Source of the DNA: Candidatus Oxydemutatoraceae bacterium
Lineage (GTDB): Bacteria > Pseudomonadota > Gammaproteobacteria > Poriferisulfidales > Oxydemutatoraceae
DNA: 64,000 nt
Reading direction: 5' to 3'
Assembly: GCA_965219575.1 (NCBI GenBank)
Contig: OZ244779.1
Location: forward strand, 1,740,769-1,804,768
Below, piece after piece: positions 1 through 10,402 of this stretch. Within the stretch, counting starts at the first letter, position 1. The number at the start of each line of letters is the position of its first letter. The notes beneath the pieces were generated by a model. The model was not told where the DNA came from. It was given only the letters and a program-made list of their open reading frames with translations, and ran no database searches. The translations under genes were made by a program, and so were the position numbers.

Positions 1-2
1 CG

Positions 3-566
3 GTGGGCAATTTTATCACGCTGCGCGATGTGCTACAAAATTTTCACGGCGAATGTGTGCGCTTGGCATTGATGAGCGTTCATTATAAAAAACCTCTGGA
101 TTGGACACCCGATGCGCTACGGCAAGCTCGCAATAATCTGGACAAATGGTATCGCTTGTTGCTCCCTACCCGATCACAACCGGCAACCGCAGACGCCAAA
201 GTTGCCGAAGCACTGGCCGACGACTTAAACACGCCGCTGGCAATCGCAGAATTACACCGCTTGGCGAACGAGGTGAGCCTCGCTTCGAAATCCGAACGCA
301 ATGCCAAAGCTGCGGTGCTGCGCGCCTCGGCCAATTTCGTCGGTCTACTGCACGAAGAGCCTCGCCGATGGTTGCGCCGACAAGCACCGACTCAGGCGGT
401 CGCAGAGCAGATATCCGAACAAGAAATAGAAGCCTTGGTTGCCAAGCGAAATCAAGCTCGTCGCAGTAAGGATTTTGCAACCGCCGACGAGATACGGGAC
501 TATCTCAACACAGCCGGCATCATTTTAGAGGACGACGATTCCGGCACTCAGTGGCTGCGGCAATGA
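3..566 (+). CDS. cysS: Cysteinyl-tRNA synthetase, C-terminal part (5' end outside window)
   Basis: GNFITLRD (just after KMSKS), ALADDLNTP and [18 protein letters not shown] anticodon-domain motifs. Confidence 0.95.
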   Translation: MGNFITLRDVLQNFHGECVRLALMSVHYKKPLDWTPDALRQARNNLDKWYRLLLPTRSQPATADAKVAEALADDLNTPLAIAELHRLANEVSLASKSERNAKAAVLRASANFVGLLHEEPRRWLRRQAPTQAVAEQISEQEIEALVAKRNQARRSKDFATADEIRDYLNTAGIILEDDDSGTQWLRQ

Positions 567-811
567 AAATAATCGGCGCGATAGTCCGCAAATCACTTTT
601 GATGTTGATCAAAGCCTATCGCTATCTGTTGTCGCCGCTATTCGCATCGCATTGCCGCTTCTGCCCGAGTTGCTCGGAATACGCACTCGAGGCACTCGAA
701 CGGCACGGTACGATTAAAGGAGGATGGCTAACCATCAAACGCTTACTTCGTTGTCATCCATTTGCACCGGGTGGCTGGGATCCGGTTCCGCCACCCGATA
801 AACGAACATGA
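563..811 (+). CDS. yidD: Membrane protein insertion efficiency factor YidD
   Basis: [39 protein letters not shown] signature; ATG at 563 overlaps the cysS stop. Confidence 0.93.
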   Translation: MKIIGAIVRKSLLMLIKAYRYLLSPLFASHCRFCPSCSEYALEALERHGTIKGGWLTIKRLLRCHPFAPGGWDPVPPPDKRT

Positions 812-860
812 TAAAATAGATTTTTGAGACATCCCGACAAACACAAGCCGAGGAAATATC

Positions 861-1346
861 ATGACCGATACACGCGATTACAATTTTGCCGAACGCAAAA
901 ACATAGAACAAGTCGAAGAGGGAACCGACTTGGCTCCTAAATTCAATGCCGACGGACTGATGCCGGTGATCACCAGCGACTATAAAAGCGGCGAAATACT
1001 CATGCACGGCTATATGAATAAAGAAGCGTTGCTGAAGACGATCGAACACGGCGAGGCGTATTACTGGAGCCGTAGCCGACAATGCCTGTGGCACAAAGGA
1101 GATGTGAGCGGGCTGGTTCAAAAAGTCAAGCAACTGCTGATCGACGACGATCAAGACGCGCTGTGGATGCGCGTAGAAGTCGTCGGCGACGCAAGCTGTC
1201 ATGTCGGATACCGTTCTTGCTTTTATAGGGAAATCCCATTGGGTGCCTATTTACCCGAAGAACCCAAACTGCAATTCACCGAAAAGCACAAAGCCTTCGA
1301 CCCCGATGTGGTCTATCACAACCAACCGAACCCTACTGTCCTGTAG
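861..1346 (+). CDS. hisI: Phosphoribosyl-AMP cyclohydrolase
   Basis: YWSRSRQCLWHKGDVSG, DDDQDAL and ASCHVGYRSCFY motifs; GAGG RBS. Confidence 0.93.
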   Translation: MTDTRDYNFAERKNIEQVEEGTDLAPKFNADGLMPVITSDYKSGEILMHGYMNKEALLKTIEHGEAYYWSRSRQCLWHKGDVSGLVQKVKQLLIDDDQDALWMRVEVVGDASCHVGYRSCFYREIPLGAYLPEEPKLQFTEKHKAFDPDVVYHNQPNPTVL

Positions 1347-1375
1347 CTACGATGCGTAGATAATGGATTAGATGG

Positions 1376-1540
1376 AATGCTGTTGAAAAAGTACTGTTTT
1401 TGCACAACTGCAACCGTCGCCGTATGGTTTTGGTTTCCATAAATTAACTGGTGTGCGATTTTATTTGTGCAGACGCAACGCGTTACGGGCGGACATGCAA
1501 GTCCGCCCCTACGATTCACGGATACTTTTTCAACAGTCCC
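1376..1540. mobile_element. Short MITE copy (CTGTTGAAAAAG...CTTTTTCAACAGTCCC) with one REP hairpin
   Basis: Inverted ends and the internal GGGCGGACATGCAAGTCCGCCCCTAC are shared with other copies. Confidence 0.7.
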
Positions 1541-1593
1541 GACGGAATGCGCATATTGCACCCCTACATATACACAATACGTTGAGCTGACAT

Positions 1594-2103
1594 ATGACAC
1601 GGAAAAAAGTCGTGGTCAACGACAAGATGCAGAAAGATTATGTCTATTACCTGGTGGAACCGATAGGTCGTAATTTTGACGACGATTTCAAACCGCAACT
1701 CAGCCCCAAAGAGTTGCTGAAACTGGGAATTTTCGGCGGTAAGTATATGTGTGATTGCCAAGACGAATTTCCGGACACTTGGTTCAAGAATGCCAAACTC
1801 GCACTACTGCGTAAAGATCCCACATTAAATTATTTCAAGGTGGATGCTTCCTTACCGTTGCGGGAGTGGAGAAGGAAAGGTTGGATTTATCCTTACGACC
1901 CGCGCGGTTGGTTTCAATGGTATTGCCGCTATTATATGGGGCGGCGTATTCCTTCGGAAGACAAAAGGCAGATCAAACGATGGTGTGCGATCAAACGACA
2001 CGTAAGTGCCGTCGAAAAAAATTGCAGACGCGGCGATATAAATTGTCGTCCTCGACAACGGCAAGCATTGTTGCATTGGGCTTACGATTCTAGGAAACTA
2101 TGA
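1594..2103 (+). CDS. Conserved hypothetical protein (FGGKY / DPRGWFQWYCRYYMGRR family)
   Basis: 169-aa ORF with aromatic- and Arg-rich motifs that I recall from an uncharacterised family; function unknown. Confidence 0.8.
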   Translation: MTRKKVVVNDKMQKDYVYYLVEPIGRNFDDDFKPQLSPKELLKLGIFGGKYMCDCQDEFPDTWFKNAKLALLRKDPTLNYFKVDASLPLREWRRKGWIYPYDPRGWFQWYCRYYMGRRIPSEDKRQIKRWCAIKRHVSAVEKNCRRGDINCRPRQRQALLHWAYDSRKL

Positions 2104-2154
2104 CGGTAGGTAAACATAAATTGGGTGAATGAATGTACTTGTGCAGACATTTCC

Positions 2155-2941
2155 GGGGCTGTTAAAAAAGTTTGGACATCGCACGAATCTAACCGCTGCG
2201 CGCCACATAATTATCCAAACCACCTGTAGGGGCGGACTTGCATGCATGTCCGCCCTAAAGTACCGTTCGGCACAAGCTCAACCGCTCGCGCCACCAATTT
2301 ACGCTAACCACTCGTCGCTTATTTGCTATGGTCTGTCGAATTGCTAAATAGATAAACTTGTTATCCTGATAAATTTTTGATATGCGCATCTATTCCATCT
2401 TTAACCAACAAGGATTATCTATGAGAAACAAAAATGTCAAACCTGAAACTTATACTCGCCGTCGTCAATCTATGCGACTAAGAGGATACGACTATGCTCA
2501 ACCGGGAATGTATTTTGTCACAATCTGTGTTCAGAATAAATTATATTTATTCGGTGATATTATCAATAATCAAATGCAATGTAATGATGCCGGCAATATG
2601 CTATGGTTTTGGTTTTATCAAATTGAGCATAAGTTTGCCGGTATAAAATGCGATGAGTGCATTGTGATGCCGAACCACATTCATTTTATTGTTGCTATTG
2701 CAGAGATGCAACAACAATGCCATTCTATCGTTGCGCATGATTACAAAAAAACATCTCTAAGTTCTACTGTGCGGAGGAAGATCAGTTTTAGTTTCATGAA
2801 TTGGATGGCGTACGATTTTATTTATGCTAACACGACGCGCATTACGGGCGGACATGCAAGTCCGCCCCTACGGTTGGTTTATAAATATTCACGGCGCAAG
2901 CGGTTACGGTTGCACGCTGACGATACTTTTTCAACAGCCCC
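2155..2941. mobile_element. Long MITE-type element enclosing a RAYT remnant and two inverted REPs
   Basis: GGGGCTGTTAAAAAAG at 2155 and CTTTTTCAACAGCCCC ending 2941; REPs at 2226-2255 and 2846-2871. Confidence 0.65.
2421..2780 (+). pseudogene. REP-associated tyrosine transposase (RAYT/TnpA-REP, HUH Y1), 3'-truncated
   Basis: RRRQSMRLRGYDY..GMYFVTIC and VMPNHIH (HUH) are present; similarity ends after SLSSTVR, so the WQ..DH..Y..NP half is missing. Confidence 0.85.
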
Positions 2942-3533
2942 ATGATGCAACCACCCCGTCAGGCTGCGCCTGCCACCCCTCCGAAGGAGGGGAATTAGCT
3001 TGTGCAGACATTTTTGGGGCTGTTGAAAAAGTGCGGCATCGTACGAATCCAATCACTTGCGCCATTTGGTTTTGGTTTCCATAAATTGGATGGATGAATG
3101 TATAAATCGTGTAGGCACAACGCGTTACGGGCGGACATGCTAGTCCGCCCCTACGGGTGGTTTGCAAATATTAACGGCGCAAGCGGTTACGGTTGCACGC
3201 CGACGATACTTTTTCAACAGCCCCATGATGCAACCACCCCGTCAGGCTGCGCCTGCCACCCCTCCGAAGGAGGGGAATTAGCTTGTGCAGACATTTTTGG
3301 GGCTGTTGAAAAAGTGCGGCATCGTACGAATCCAATCACTTGCGCCATTTGGTTTTGGTTTCCATAAATTGGATGGATGAATGTATAAATCGTGTAGGCA
3401 CAACGCGTTACGGGCGGACATGCTAGTCCGCCCCTACGGGTGGTTTGCAAATATTAACGGCGCAAGCGGTTACGGTTGCACGCCGACGATACTTTTTCAA
3501 CAGCCCCATGATGCAACCACCCCGTCAGGCTGA
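2838..3533. repeat. Tandem repeat, 283-bp unit, about 2.5 copies (MITE plus CCCCTCC..GGAGGGG hairpin module)
   Basis: CATGATGCAACCACCCCGTCAGGCTG recurs at 2941, 3224 and 3507. Confidence 0.9.
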
Positions 3534-3641
3534 ATAGAACCGCCGATTGAGCCAGTAGGTCAATCGGCAATTTAATTTTAGTCCGCCCCTGCAGGTGGTT
3601 TGCAAATATTCACGGCGCACGGGGGAATTAGCTGTTGCGGT

Positions 3642-4079
3642 CTAAAAACCGGCTTTCTTGTACCAGTAGCTTGCCAGTTCGGTATTTCTAGGTACCAGAG
3701 TACCCTCTTCGTAGATCATCGCCAATGTCGTTTGAGACCCGGCTAATCCTTGCTCCGCCGCCTTGCTAAACCATTCAACCGCCCTCTCGCCGTCGCGTGC
3801 GACACATTCGCCTTGCATATACATAAAACCCAAGCCGTGTTGCGCCAGGGCGTGCCCCTGCTCGGCTGCCGCAGACATCATGCGCAATGCCATAGCTTCG
3901 TTGGAATGCACACCGAGCCCGTTTTGGTAAATAATCGCACAACGATACATCGCCTCGGCATGGCCTTTTTCGATCAACGGAGCGAGTATTTTGACCGCTC
4001 TGGCAAAGTGTTTGGCTTCAAAGGCGGCCAGTCCGCTCGTCAAGGTGATGTCGTCGTCGCTAAAATCGTTATCGCTCAT
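3642..4079 (-). CDS. Sel1-like repeat (TPR) protein
   Basis: Three Sel1 repeats (AAEQGHALAQHGLGFMY..G, WFSKAAEQG, WYKKA); likely start MSDNDF at 4079. Confidence 0.88.
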   Translation of the reverse strand: MSDNDFSDDDITLTSGLAAFEAKHFARAVKILAPLIEKGHAEAMYRCAIIYQNGLGVHSNEAMALRMMSAAAEQGHALAQHGLGFMYMQGECVARDGERAVEWFSKAAEQGLAGSQTTLAMIYEEGTLVPRNTELASYWYKKAGF

Positions 4080-4141
4080 CGTGTTACTCGGATAGCTATA
4101 AGTTTCATTCCGCTTGTGCCACATAATTACCCAGACCACTT

Positions 4142-4363
4142 GTAGGGGCGGACTTATATGTCCGCCCGAAACGCATCATGTTTGCACTATTAACGCGTTT
4201 ACCCATTAATATTATGAAAACCATAATTAGGTGGCGCAGGGCGGTTAGTGTTGTGCAGAACGGTACTTAAGGGCAGACATGCTAGTCTGCCCCTACAGTA
4301 GGTGAATATAAATTTGGTCGGTAAACACATTATTCGTGTAAAACGGTATTTTTCAACAGCCCC
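4142..4363. repeat. MITE fragment with an inverted REP pair (REPIN-like)
   Basis: GTAGGGGCGGAC..GTCCGCCC at 4142, GGGCAGAC..GTCTGCCCCTAC at about 4271, and end TTTTTCAACAGCCC. Confidence 0.7.
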
Positions 4364-4380
4364 GGGGGTCTGCGTATCGC

Positions 4381-5289
4381 TCAAACACCTTCTTTCTTCG
4401 GCGGAATGACGTGCTTGTAGTTAATCCCCATCATCAATATCGACAGGCTCGCAACATAGATGGAGGAATAGGTGCCGATGATAACGCCGACGATCAAAGC
4501 GACGGTAAAGCCGGTTAAAATCTCGCCGCCGAATATAAACAAAGCGATAAGCACCAAGAGCGTGGTCAGCGAGGTAATCAAGGTGCGCGCCAGTGTCAAA
4601 TTGATGGATTTATTGATGACCTTCTCGGCAACATCTTTGAATTTGATGAAGCTCTCGCGAACTCTATCGTAGATTACAATCGTGTCGTTCAACGAATAAC
4701 CTATCACTGCGAGTATCGCAGCGAGCACCGGTAAATTAAATTCTATGCCCGACAGAGAAAAGAAGCCCAGGGTGATCAATACATCGTGGACCAGCGCAAT
4801 AATTGCGCCGATGGCAAAGCGATATTCAAAACGGAAGGCGACATAGATTAATATGCCCAGCAAAGCATAGAGAACGGCAAAACCGCCGTCCTCGCGAAGC
4901 TCCTCGCCTATCTGCGGTCCGACGAACTCGATCCGCCGCACTTCGGCTTGTTGCTGTTGCGATAATGCATTCAAAATCTGTGTGCTCAGTTCGCCTTGCG
5001 AAACCTCGGTACGCGGAGCCAGTCGTATCAGTACATCTTTTGCAGTGCCGAAATGCTGTAGCTGTGCGTCTTCAAAACCGGCGTCATCGAGTTGCTTGCG
5101 AATGCTCACCAAGTCGGCAACCTGTTGATAACCCACTTCCACCAAAGTGCCACCGGTGAAATCTATGCCGAAGTTTAATCCTCGATAAGCCAAAGAGGCT
5201 ATGCTCAGAACGATGAGTGCCGCCGAGACGATTAGTGCCGCGTTGCGATGCTTCATAAATTCGAAATTGCTCTGTTTGATAATCTGCAT
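4381..5289 (-). CDS. secF: Protein translocase subunit SecF
   Basis: GLNFGIDFTGG, VGPQIGEEL and GYSLNDTIVIYDRVRE. Confidence 0.97.
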   Translation of the reverse strand: MQIIKQSNFEFMKHRNAALIVSAALIVLSIASLAYRGLNFGIDFTGGTLVEVGYQQVADLVSIRKQLDDAGFEDAQLQHFGTAKDVLIRLAPRTEVSQGELSTQILNALSQQQQAEVRRIEFVGPQIGEELREDGGFAVLYALLGILIYVAFRFEYRFAIGAIIALVHDVLITLGFFSLSGIEFNLPVLAAILAVIGYSLNDTIVIYDRVRESFIKFKDVAEKVINKSINLTLARTLITSLTTLLVLIALFIFGGEILTGFTVALIVGVIIGTYSSIYVASLSILMMGINYKHVIPPKKEGV

Positions 5290-5296
5290 GGCTCGA

Positions 5297-7165
5297 TTAA
5301 ATTGCGATCTGCTTGAGTCTACGCCCGCCGTACATCAGATTGACCAACGCACGAGTGCCGAAAATGGCAGTGAACATAGAACACATGATGCCGATGGACA
5401 AAGTGACCGAGAAACCTTTGATAGGACCGCTGCCGAAAACGAACAGCACGATTGCAGCAATCAAGGTCGTGATGTTGGCATCGGCAATCGTCGATAGTGC
5501 TTGTCTGTAGCCGTTGTCTATGCTCGCCTGTATGCTACTGCCGGCTTGTAGCTCTTGGCGTATGCGCTCAAAAATCAGCACATTCGCATCGACCGCCATA
5601 CCGACGGTCAATACGATGCCGACGATACCCGGCAATGTCAATGTCGCACCGGGTATCAACGACATAATTGCGGTGATGAGTAGCAGATTAAGCATCAAGG
5701 CCATGTTCGCAATCACTCCGAAGACACGGTAATAAACTATCATAAACAAAATGACGAGTATAAAACCCAAGACTATGGCGTTGATACCTTGATCTATATT
5801 TTGCTGCCCCAAGCTCGGTCCTACGGTGCGCTCCTCTATAATCTCTATCGGTGCCGCCAACGCACCGGCGCGCAACAATAACGCCAGCTTGCGTGCCGCT
5901 TGAGGGGAGTCCAGTCCGGTGATGTGAAACCGTTTGCCGAGCTGGGCTTGAATACGAGCGACACTGATGACCTCCTCGGTTGTTCTGGTTCTGCGCTTGA
6001 GTTCACCGTCGTCGTCGCGATAGGTGTAACTTTTGTTTTCTATGAAAACAACCGCCATCAGACGTTTGATGTTTTGTCCGGTAACCCGACTAAAGATACG
6101 CGACCCTTGCCCGTCCAACGTGATATTGACATCCGGTTGGTTGGTCTCGGGATCCAAGCCGGAAGACGCATCGACGATATGCTCGCCGCTCAGTATCACC
6201 TCCCTTTTGAGCAGTACCGGTTCGCTACCTTCGTATAGCAGTTCGGTTCCCGGCGGAATACGCCGGCTCCGTGCGACGCGCGCCGCATCGTATTGTTCGG
6301 CAACCATGCGAAATTCCAGAGTTGCGGTGGCACCCAAAATCTCCTTGGCTTGAGTCGGGTCTTGCACACCCGGCAGTTGGACGGCGATGCGGTCTATGCC
6401 CTGCCGTGCGATACTCGGTTCGGCAACACCCAATTCGTTGACTCTTTTTCTGAGCGTTAAAACATTTTGTTGCACCGCAAAATCCTGTATGGATTTAATC
6501 TCGTCCCGGCTAATCGTGAGATCGAGCATCGCCCTGCCGTCTCGCTCGTAGCTTTCATTGGAAAAAACCAACGGCATCTCCGAACGCACCTGCTCCCAAG
6601 CCGCATCTCGGGTCGCCTCGTCGGAGAATTGTATCTTCAAGGTCTGGTCGTCTACACTAAACTCGGTATAGCGCAAACGCGCCTCGCGGAGCATTCCGCG
6701 GATCGCATCCCTATAACTGATCATCGCTTTATCGAGTGCCGACTTTACATCGACTTGTAGCAGAAAATAAACACCGCCGCGCAAGTCCAAACCTAGATTC
6801 ATCGGGGTCGCATCAAAATCTCTTAGCCATTGCGGTGTTGCGGCTGCCAAATTCAACGCAGTGATATAACTGCTACCCATGAGTTCACGCAAATTTTCGG
6901 CAACCGATAGTTGACCCGTGGTATCGGCAAAACGAATCAACAATTTGTCGTTTTCGGTTATTTCCATTTCTTTGTAGGCAACATTTTGCTCGGCTAAAAA
7001 TGCCTCAACCCGCTTTTGCGTGTTTTCGGTGATCTTGGTATCGTCGTCGCCGGAGATCTCTATAGTCGGATCCTCCGGATACGCATTGGGTAAAGCATAA
7101 ACGATTGCAAGCGTGACCACTGCAATCAGTAGTATATACTTCCACAGCGGATAACGATTGGGCAT
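5297..7165 (-). CDS. secD: Protein translocase subunit SecD
   Basis: LGLDLRGG, RVNELGVAEP and GMAVDANVLIFERIR. Confidence 0.97.
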   Translation of the reverse strand: MPNRYPLWKYILLIAVVTLAIVYALPNAYPEDPTIEISGDDDTKITENTQKRVEAFLAEQNVAYKEMEITENDKLLIRFADTTGQLSVAENLRELMGSSYITALNLAAATPQWLRDFDATPMNLGLDLRGGVYFLLQVDVKSALDKAMISYRDAIRGMLREARLRYTEFSVDDQTLKIQFSDEATRDAAWEQVRSEMPLVFSNESYERDGRAMLDLTISRDEIKSIQDFAVQQNVLTLRKRVNELGVAEPSIARQGIDRIAVQLPGVQDPTQAKEILGATATLEFRMVAEQYDAARVARSRRIPPGTELLYEGSEPVLLKREVILSGEHIVDASSGLDPETNQPDVNITLDGQGSRIFSRVTGQNIKRLMAVVFIENKSYTYRDDDGELKRRTRTTEEVISVARIQAQLGKRFHITGLDSPQAARKLALLLRAGALAAPIEIIEERTVGPSLGQQNIDQGINAIVLGFILVILFMIVYYRVFGVIANMALMLNLLLITAIMSLIPGATLTLPGIVGIVLTVGMAVDANVLIFERIRQELQAGSSIQASIDNGYRQALSTIADANITTLIAAIVLFVFGSGPIKGFSVTLSIGIMCSMFTAIFGTRALVNLMYGGRRLKQIAI

Positions 7166-7178
7166 TATGGAATTATTA

Positions 7179-7508
7179 TCAGCTACTCAATGTGCCTTTG
7201 GGCAATACCGACGAAACCGAGTGCTTTTGTATTTTCAACTCTATGCCTTTCTGTACTTCTATATGCACAAAGCTATCCTCGACCTCGGTAACCTTGCCTA
7301 AAATACCTCCCGAAGTGGAAATCTCGTCGCCTTTGGATAGGGAACTCAATAGTGCCTTGTGTTCCTTATTGCGCTTGTTCTGAGGGCGTATTACCAGAAA
7401 ATACATAATCAAGAAAAAAATCACCACCATGAACAGCAATTCATAGCCTGCCGATGGTGCGGGTGCGCCCGCTTCTTGTGCGTATACGTTGTTTATAAAA
7501 CTTGTCAT
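7179..7508 (-). CDS. yajC: Preprotein translocase subunit YajC
   Basis: YFLVIRPQNKR..L.KGDEI.T.GGI.G; directly upstream of secD; start codon uncertain (7508 or 7553). Confidence 0.93.
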   Translation of the reverse strand: MTSFINNVYAQEAGAPAPSAGYELLFMVVIFFLIMYFLVIRPQNKRNKEHKALLSSLSKGDEISTSGGILGKVTEVEDSFVHIEVQKGIELKIQKHSVSSVLPKGTLSS

Positions 7509-7599
7509 CGAAATATAAGTTATGGCTATTTTCGTAAAACGCCTATTATACATAAAAACACAACGAGACGGTTCGCAAATATTAGGGGTGATGCCGGAA

Positions 7600-8241
7600 T
7601 TACTTGTCGATTTCCGCTTCTACCTCGGTGAGACTTTTACGAAAGGCGGGGCGATTAAAAATACGCCTGGCATACTGGCGGATCGGGCTACTGTTCTTTT
7701 GGGGCATATCGATATCCAAGCTGGATAAACGCCACAAGATAGGTGCTATGCTGCAATCGAGTATGCTTATTTCCTCATCCCAAAAAAAACGGTTTGCTTT
7801 GAAGGTGTCGGCATTGGCTACCAACATTTCTTGCATTACTTTTTTCGCCGTGTTCGCTATTCTCTTGCTGGGCGACGACAATTTTTTTACTTGGTTGTAC
7901 CAGTCGTGCTCTAAATGGTACATCGCCATGCGAAAGTTGGCGCGTGCAATCGGATCGGGCGGCATCATCGGTGGATGCGGATAACGCTCGTCTACATATT
8001 CCAATATGATACGCGGTTCGTATACGGTGATGTCACGATCGACCAGCGTGGGCACCGAGTTATACGGGTTGACCTCGGCAAGTTCCGGTGGCTTGTTGTT
8101 TCCGTCGACGATGATCGTTTCGTAATCGAGATCCTTTTCGGCTAGCAGAAAACGAACACGATGGCACTGCGGACACGAAGGAGCGGAATAGAGTTTTAGG
8201 GTAAATTGTCTATCGAGTAGCGAATAGTTATTTCTCGACAT
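7600..8241 (-). CDS. sspA: Stringent starvation protein A (GST fold)
   Basis: HRVRFLLAEK, NPYNSVPTLVDRD and EYVDERYPHPPMMP; follows petC. Confidence 0.92.
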   Translation of the reverse strand: MSRNNYSLLDRQFTLKLYSAPSCPQCHRVRFLLAEKDLDYETIIVDGNNKPPELAEVNPYNSVPTLVDRDITVYEPRIILEYVDERYPHPPMMPPDPIARANFRMAMYHLEHDWYNQVKKLSSPSKRIANTAKKVMQEMLVANADTFKANRFFWDEEISILDCSIAPILWRLSSLDIDMPQKNSSPIRQYARRIFNRPAFRKSLTEVEAEIDK

Positions 8242-8995
8242 CTTTCCAGTATTCTTGTTTTAGCAAATAGACTACCGCCAATAAACCGAGCAAGAATAAA
8301 ATAACCCAAATGCCGACGCTTTGACGCTCCAGTTTCGCCGGCTCCGCCAAATAAGTCAAAAAAGTGACTATGTCCCTGACCACTCTGTCGTATTCTTCCG
8401 CCGACAAGGTGCCGGGCTCGACCAATTCGAAATCGGCAATAATCTGTCTCTGGTTGCCGTTTTCATCGGTGATAGTCTCGTATATCGGCTTTTGCCAGCC
8501 TTGTAAATCCCACATTACATGCGGCATGGCAACATGCTGGAATATTGCGTTGTTGACTCCCATAGGGCGCGTGTCGTCCAAGTAAAAAGCCTTGAGATAA
8601 GTATAGAGCCAGTCCTTGCCTCGAGCGCGAGAGACCAAGGTTAAGTCCGGCGGCACCGCGCCGAACCAACTACGCGCACCATCTGCGGGCATTGACACCA
8701 CCATCAAATCGCCGACCTTGCTGTCGGTGAATATGAAATCTTCTTTCACCATTTCTTCGCTCAATCCCAAGTCGCGCCCGACCCACTTGTAGCGCGCATA
8801 GCGAGAACTATGACAGCTCAAACAGTAGTTGACAAAATACTTTGCACCGCGTTGTAGCGTGTTGCGGTTGTGTATGTCTATATCTATACTTTGCAACGGA
8901 TACCCTTGCGACACCGCGGCACCGGCACTCGATGCCGTTGCCAGCAAAACTATCGCCGTCAATACGACAAACGATAGACGACAATGCTGCCTCAT
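8228..8995 (-). CDS. petC: Cytochrome c1
   Basis: LQRGAKYFVNYCLSCH heme motif, PPDLTL and a C-terminal TM anchor; ATG at 8995. Confidence 0.95.
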   Translation of the reverse strand: MRQHCRLSFVVLTAIVLLATASSAGAAVSQGYPLQSIDIDIHNRNTLQRGAKYFVNYCLSCHSSRYARYKWVGRDLGLSEEMVKEDFIFTDSKVGDLMVVSMPADGARSWFGAVPPDLTLVSRARGKDWLYTYLKAFYLDDTRPMGVNNAIFQHVAMPHVMWDLQGWQKPIYETITDENGNQRQIIADFELVEPGTLSAEEYDRVVRDIVTFLTYLAEPAKLERQSVGIWVILFLLGLLAVVYLLKQEYWKDVEK

Positions 8996-10401
8996 GCGAG
9001 TACTCTTTCGGGTTCGGGTTTGTCCTCCGACCACTGAGTAAAACTTTTCATCGTCGGCAAGAGTAGTTGTATCGATAAGTAAACCACGGGAATAAACCAC
9101 GAATAGATGACTAACTCGGGGGTTTGATCAAAGATCCTTTGTGCGTCGTAAATGCTGATCAAGGCAATCCAAAACACCAGCCATCCCCTGTTGAATAAGT
9201 TGGAGCGCGGTTTGCTATGCACCCATAATATAAAGAAAAACAAAAAGTAAAGCTCGCTGAAGCGCACCGCCATCTCGGTGCGAAACGGGTTGACCGACAA
9301 GGTTCCCAAATAACCCAAGTAGATAAAAACCACCACAAATACGGCAAGGTTGAGTTTATGCAAAGCACTGCGATAACGCACCGATTTAACCGGATTTTTA
9401 TCTATCCACGGCATAAAAAATAAGATGATAATAGACGCACCCATCGCCAATACACCGTACCACGGATCGGGGACCGCACGCAGCACCGTATAGAAAGGTG
9501 TGAAATACCAAAGCGGTGATATATGATCGGGTGTCACCAAAGGATTCGCCTCTATAAAGTTGTTATGCTCTAGAAAATACCCCCCCATCTCCGGAACATA
9601 AAATACGACGATGGAAAAAAACAGCAAGAACACGACCAAACCGACGATATCCTTGACCGTGTAATAAGGATGAAACGGGATGCCGTCTACGGGCGTGCCG
9701 TCGGCAGCTTTGTTGTTCTTAATCTCGATTCCGTCGGGGTTGTTTGAACCTACCTCGTGGAGTGCGATGATATGCATGAAAACCAAACCCGCCAGTATCA
9801 ACGGAAATGCGATGACATGAAAAGCAAAAAAACGATTGAGCGTTGCATCCGAAACCACATAGTCGCCGCGTATCCAAATTGCCAAATCCTCACCGATATA
9901 AGGAATAGCACCGAACAAATTGATGATGACTTGCGCACCCCAATAAGACATCTGTCCCCACGGCAATAGATAACCCATGAACGCCTCCGCCATCAAAGCG
10001 ACATAAATGAACATGCCGATAATCCACAGCAACTCACGCGGTTTTTTGAACGAACCATACATCAATGCACGAAACATGTGCAGATAAATAACGATGAAGA
10101 ATGCCGATGCGCCCGTGGAGTGCATGTAGCGAATCAACCACCCCCACTCTACATCACGCATGATATATTCAACCGACGCAAAAGCACTCGCCGCATCGGG
10201 TTTGTAATGCATGGTCAGAAAAATACCGGTGAATATCTGTAGCACCAATATAAATAACGCGAGCGAACCGAAGAAATACCAAAAGTTAAAATTCTTGGGC
10301 GCATAATAACCGGCAAGATGGTCTTGCCATATTTTACTCAGAGGGAAACGCTCGTCTATCCAACCCAAAAGACCGGTCGTCCTCTGCTCAGTCTGTTCCA
10401 T
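8992..10401 (-). CDS. petB: Cytochrome b (bc1 complex)
   Basis: YYAPKNFNFWY, GYLLPWGQMSYWGA and HISPLWYF; ATG at 10401. Confidence 0.97.
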   Translation of the reverse strand: MEQTEQRTTGLLGWIDERFPLSKIWQDHLAGYYAPKNFNFWYFFGSLALFILVLQIFTGIFLTMHYKPDAASAFASVEYIMRDVEWGWLIRYMHSTGASAFFIVIYLHMFRALMYGSFKKPRELLWIIGMFIYVALMAEAFMGYLLPWGQMSYWGAQVIINLFGAIPYIGEDLAIWIRGDYVVSDATLNRFFAFHVIAFPLILAGLVFMHIIALHEVGSNNPDGIEIKNNKAADGTPVDGIPFHPYYTVKDIVGLVVFLLFFSIVVFYVPEMGGYFLEHNNFIEANPLVTPDHISPLWYFTPFYTVLRAVPDPWYGVLAMGASIIILFFMPWIDKNPVKSVRYRSALHKLNLAVFVVVFIYLGYLGTLSVNPFRTEMAVRFSELYFLFFFILWVHSKPRSNLFNRGWLVFWIALISIYDAQRIFDQTPELVIYSWFIPVVYLSIQLLLPTMKSFTQWSEDKPEPERVLA

Positions 10402-10402
10402 T

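Noticed and set aside
2824-3450. Repeated short ORFs (RRGGLACPP, RADMLVRPY), also near 1316, 11100, 25408, 28556 and 35042
   Set aside because: Translations of REP/MITE DNA, not a protein family.
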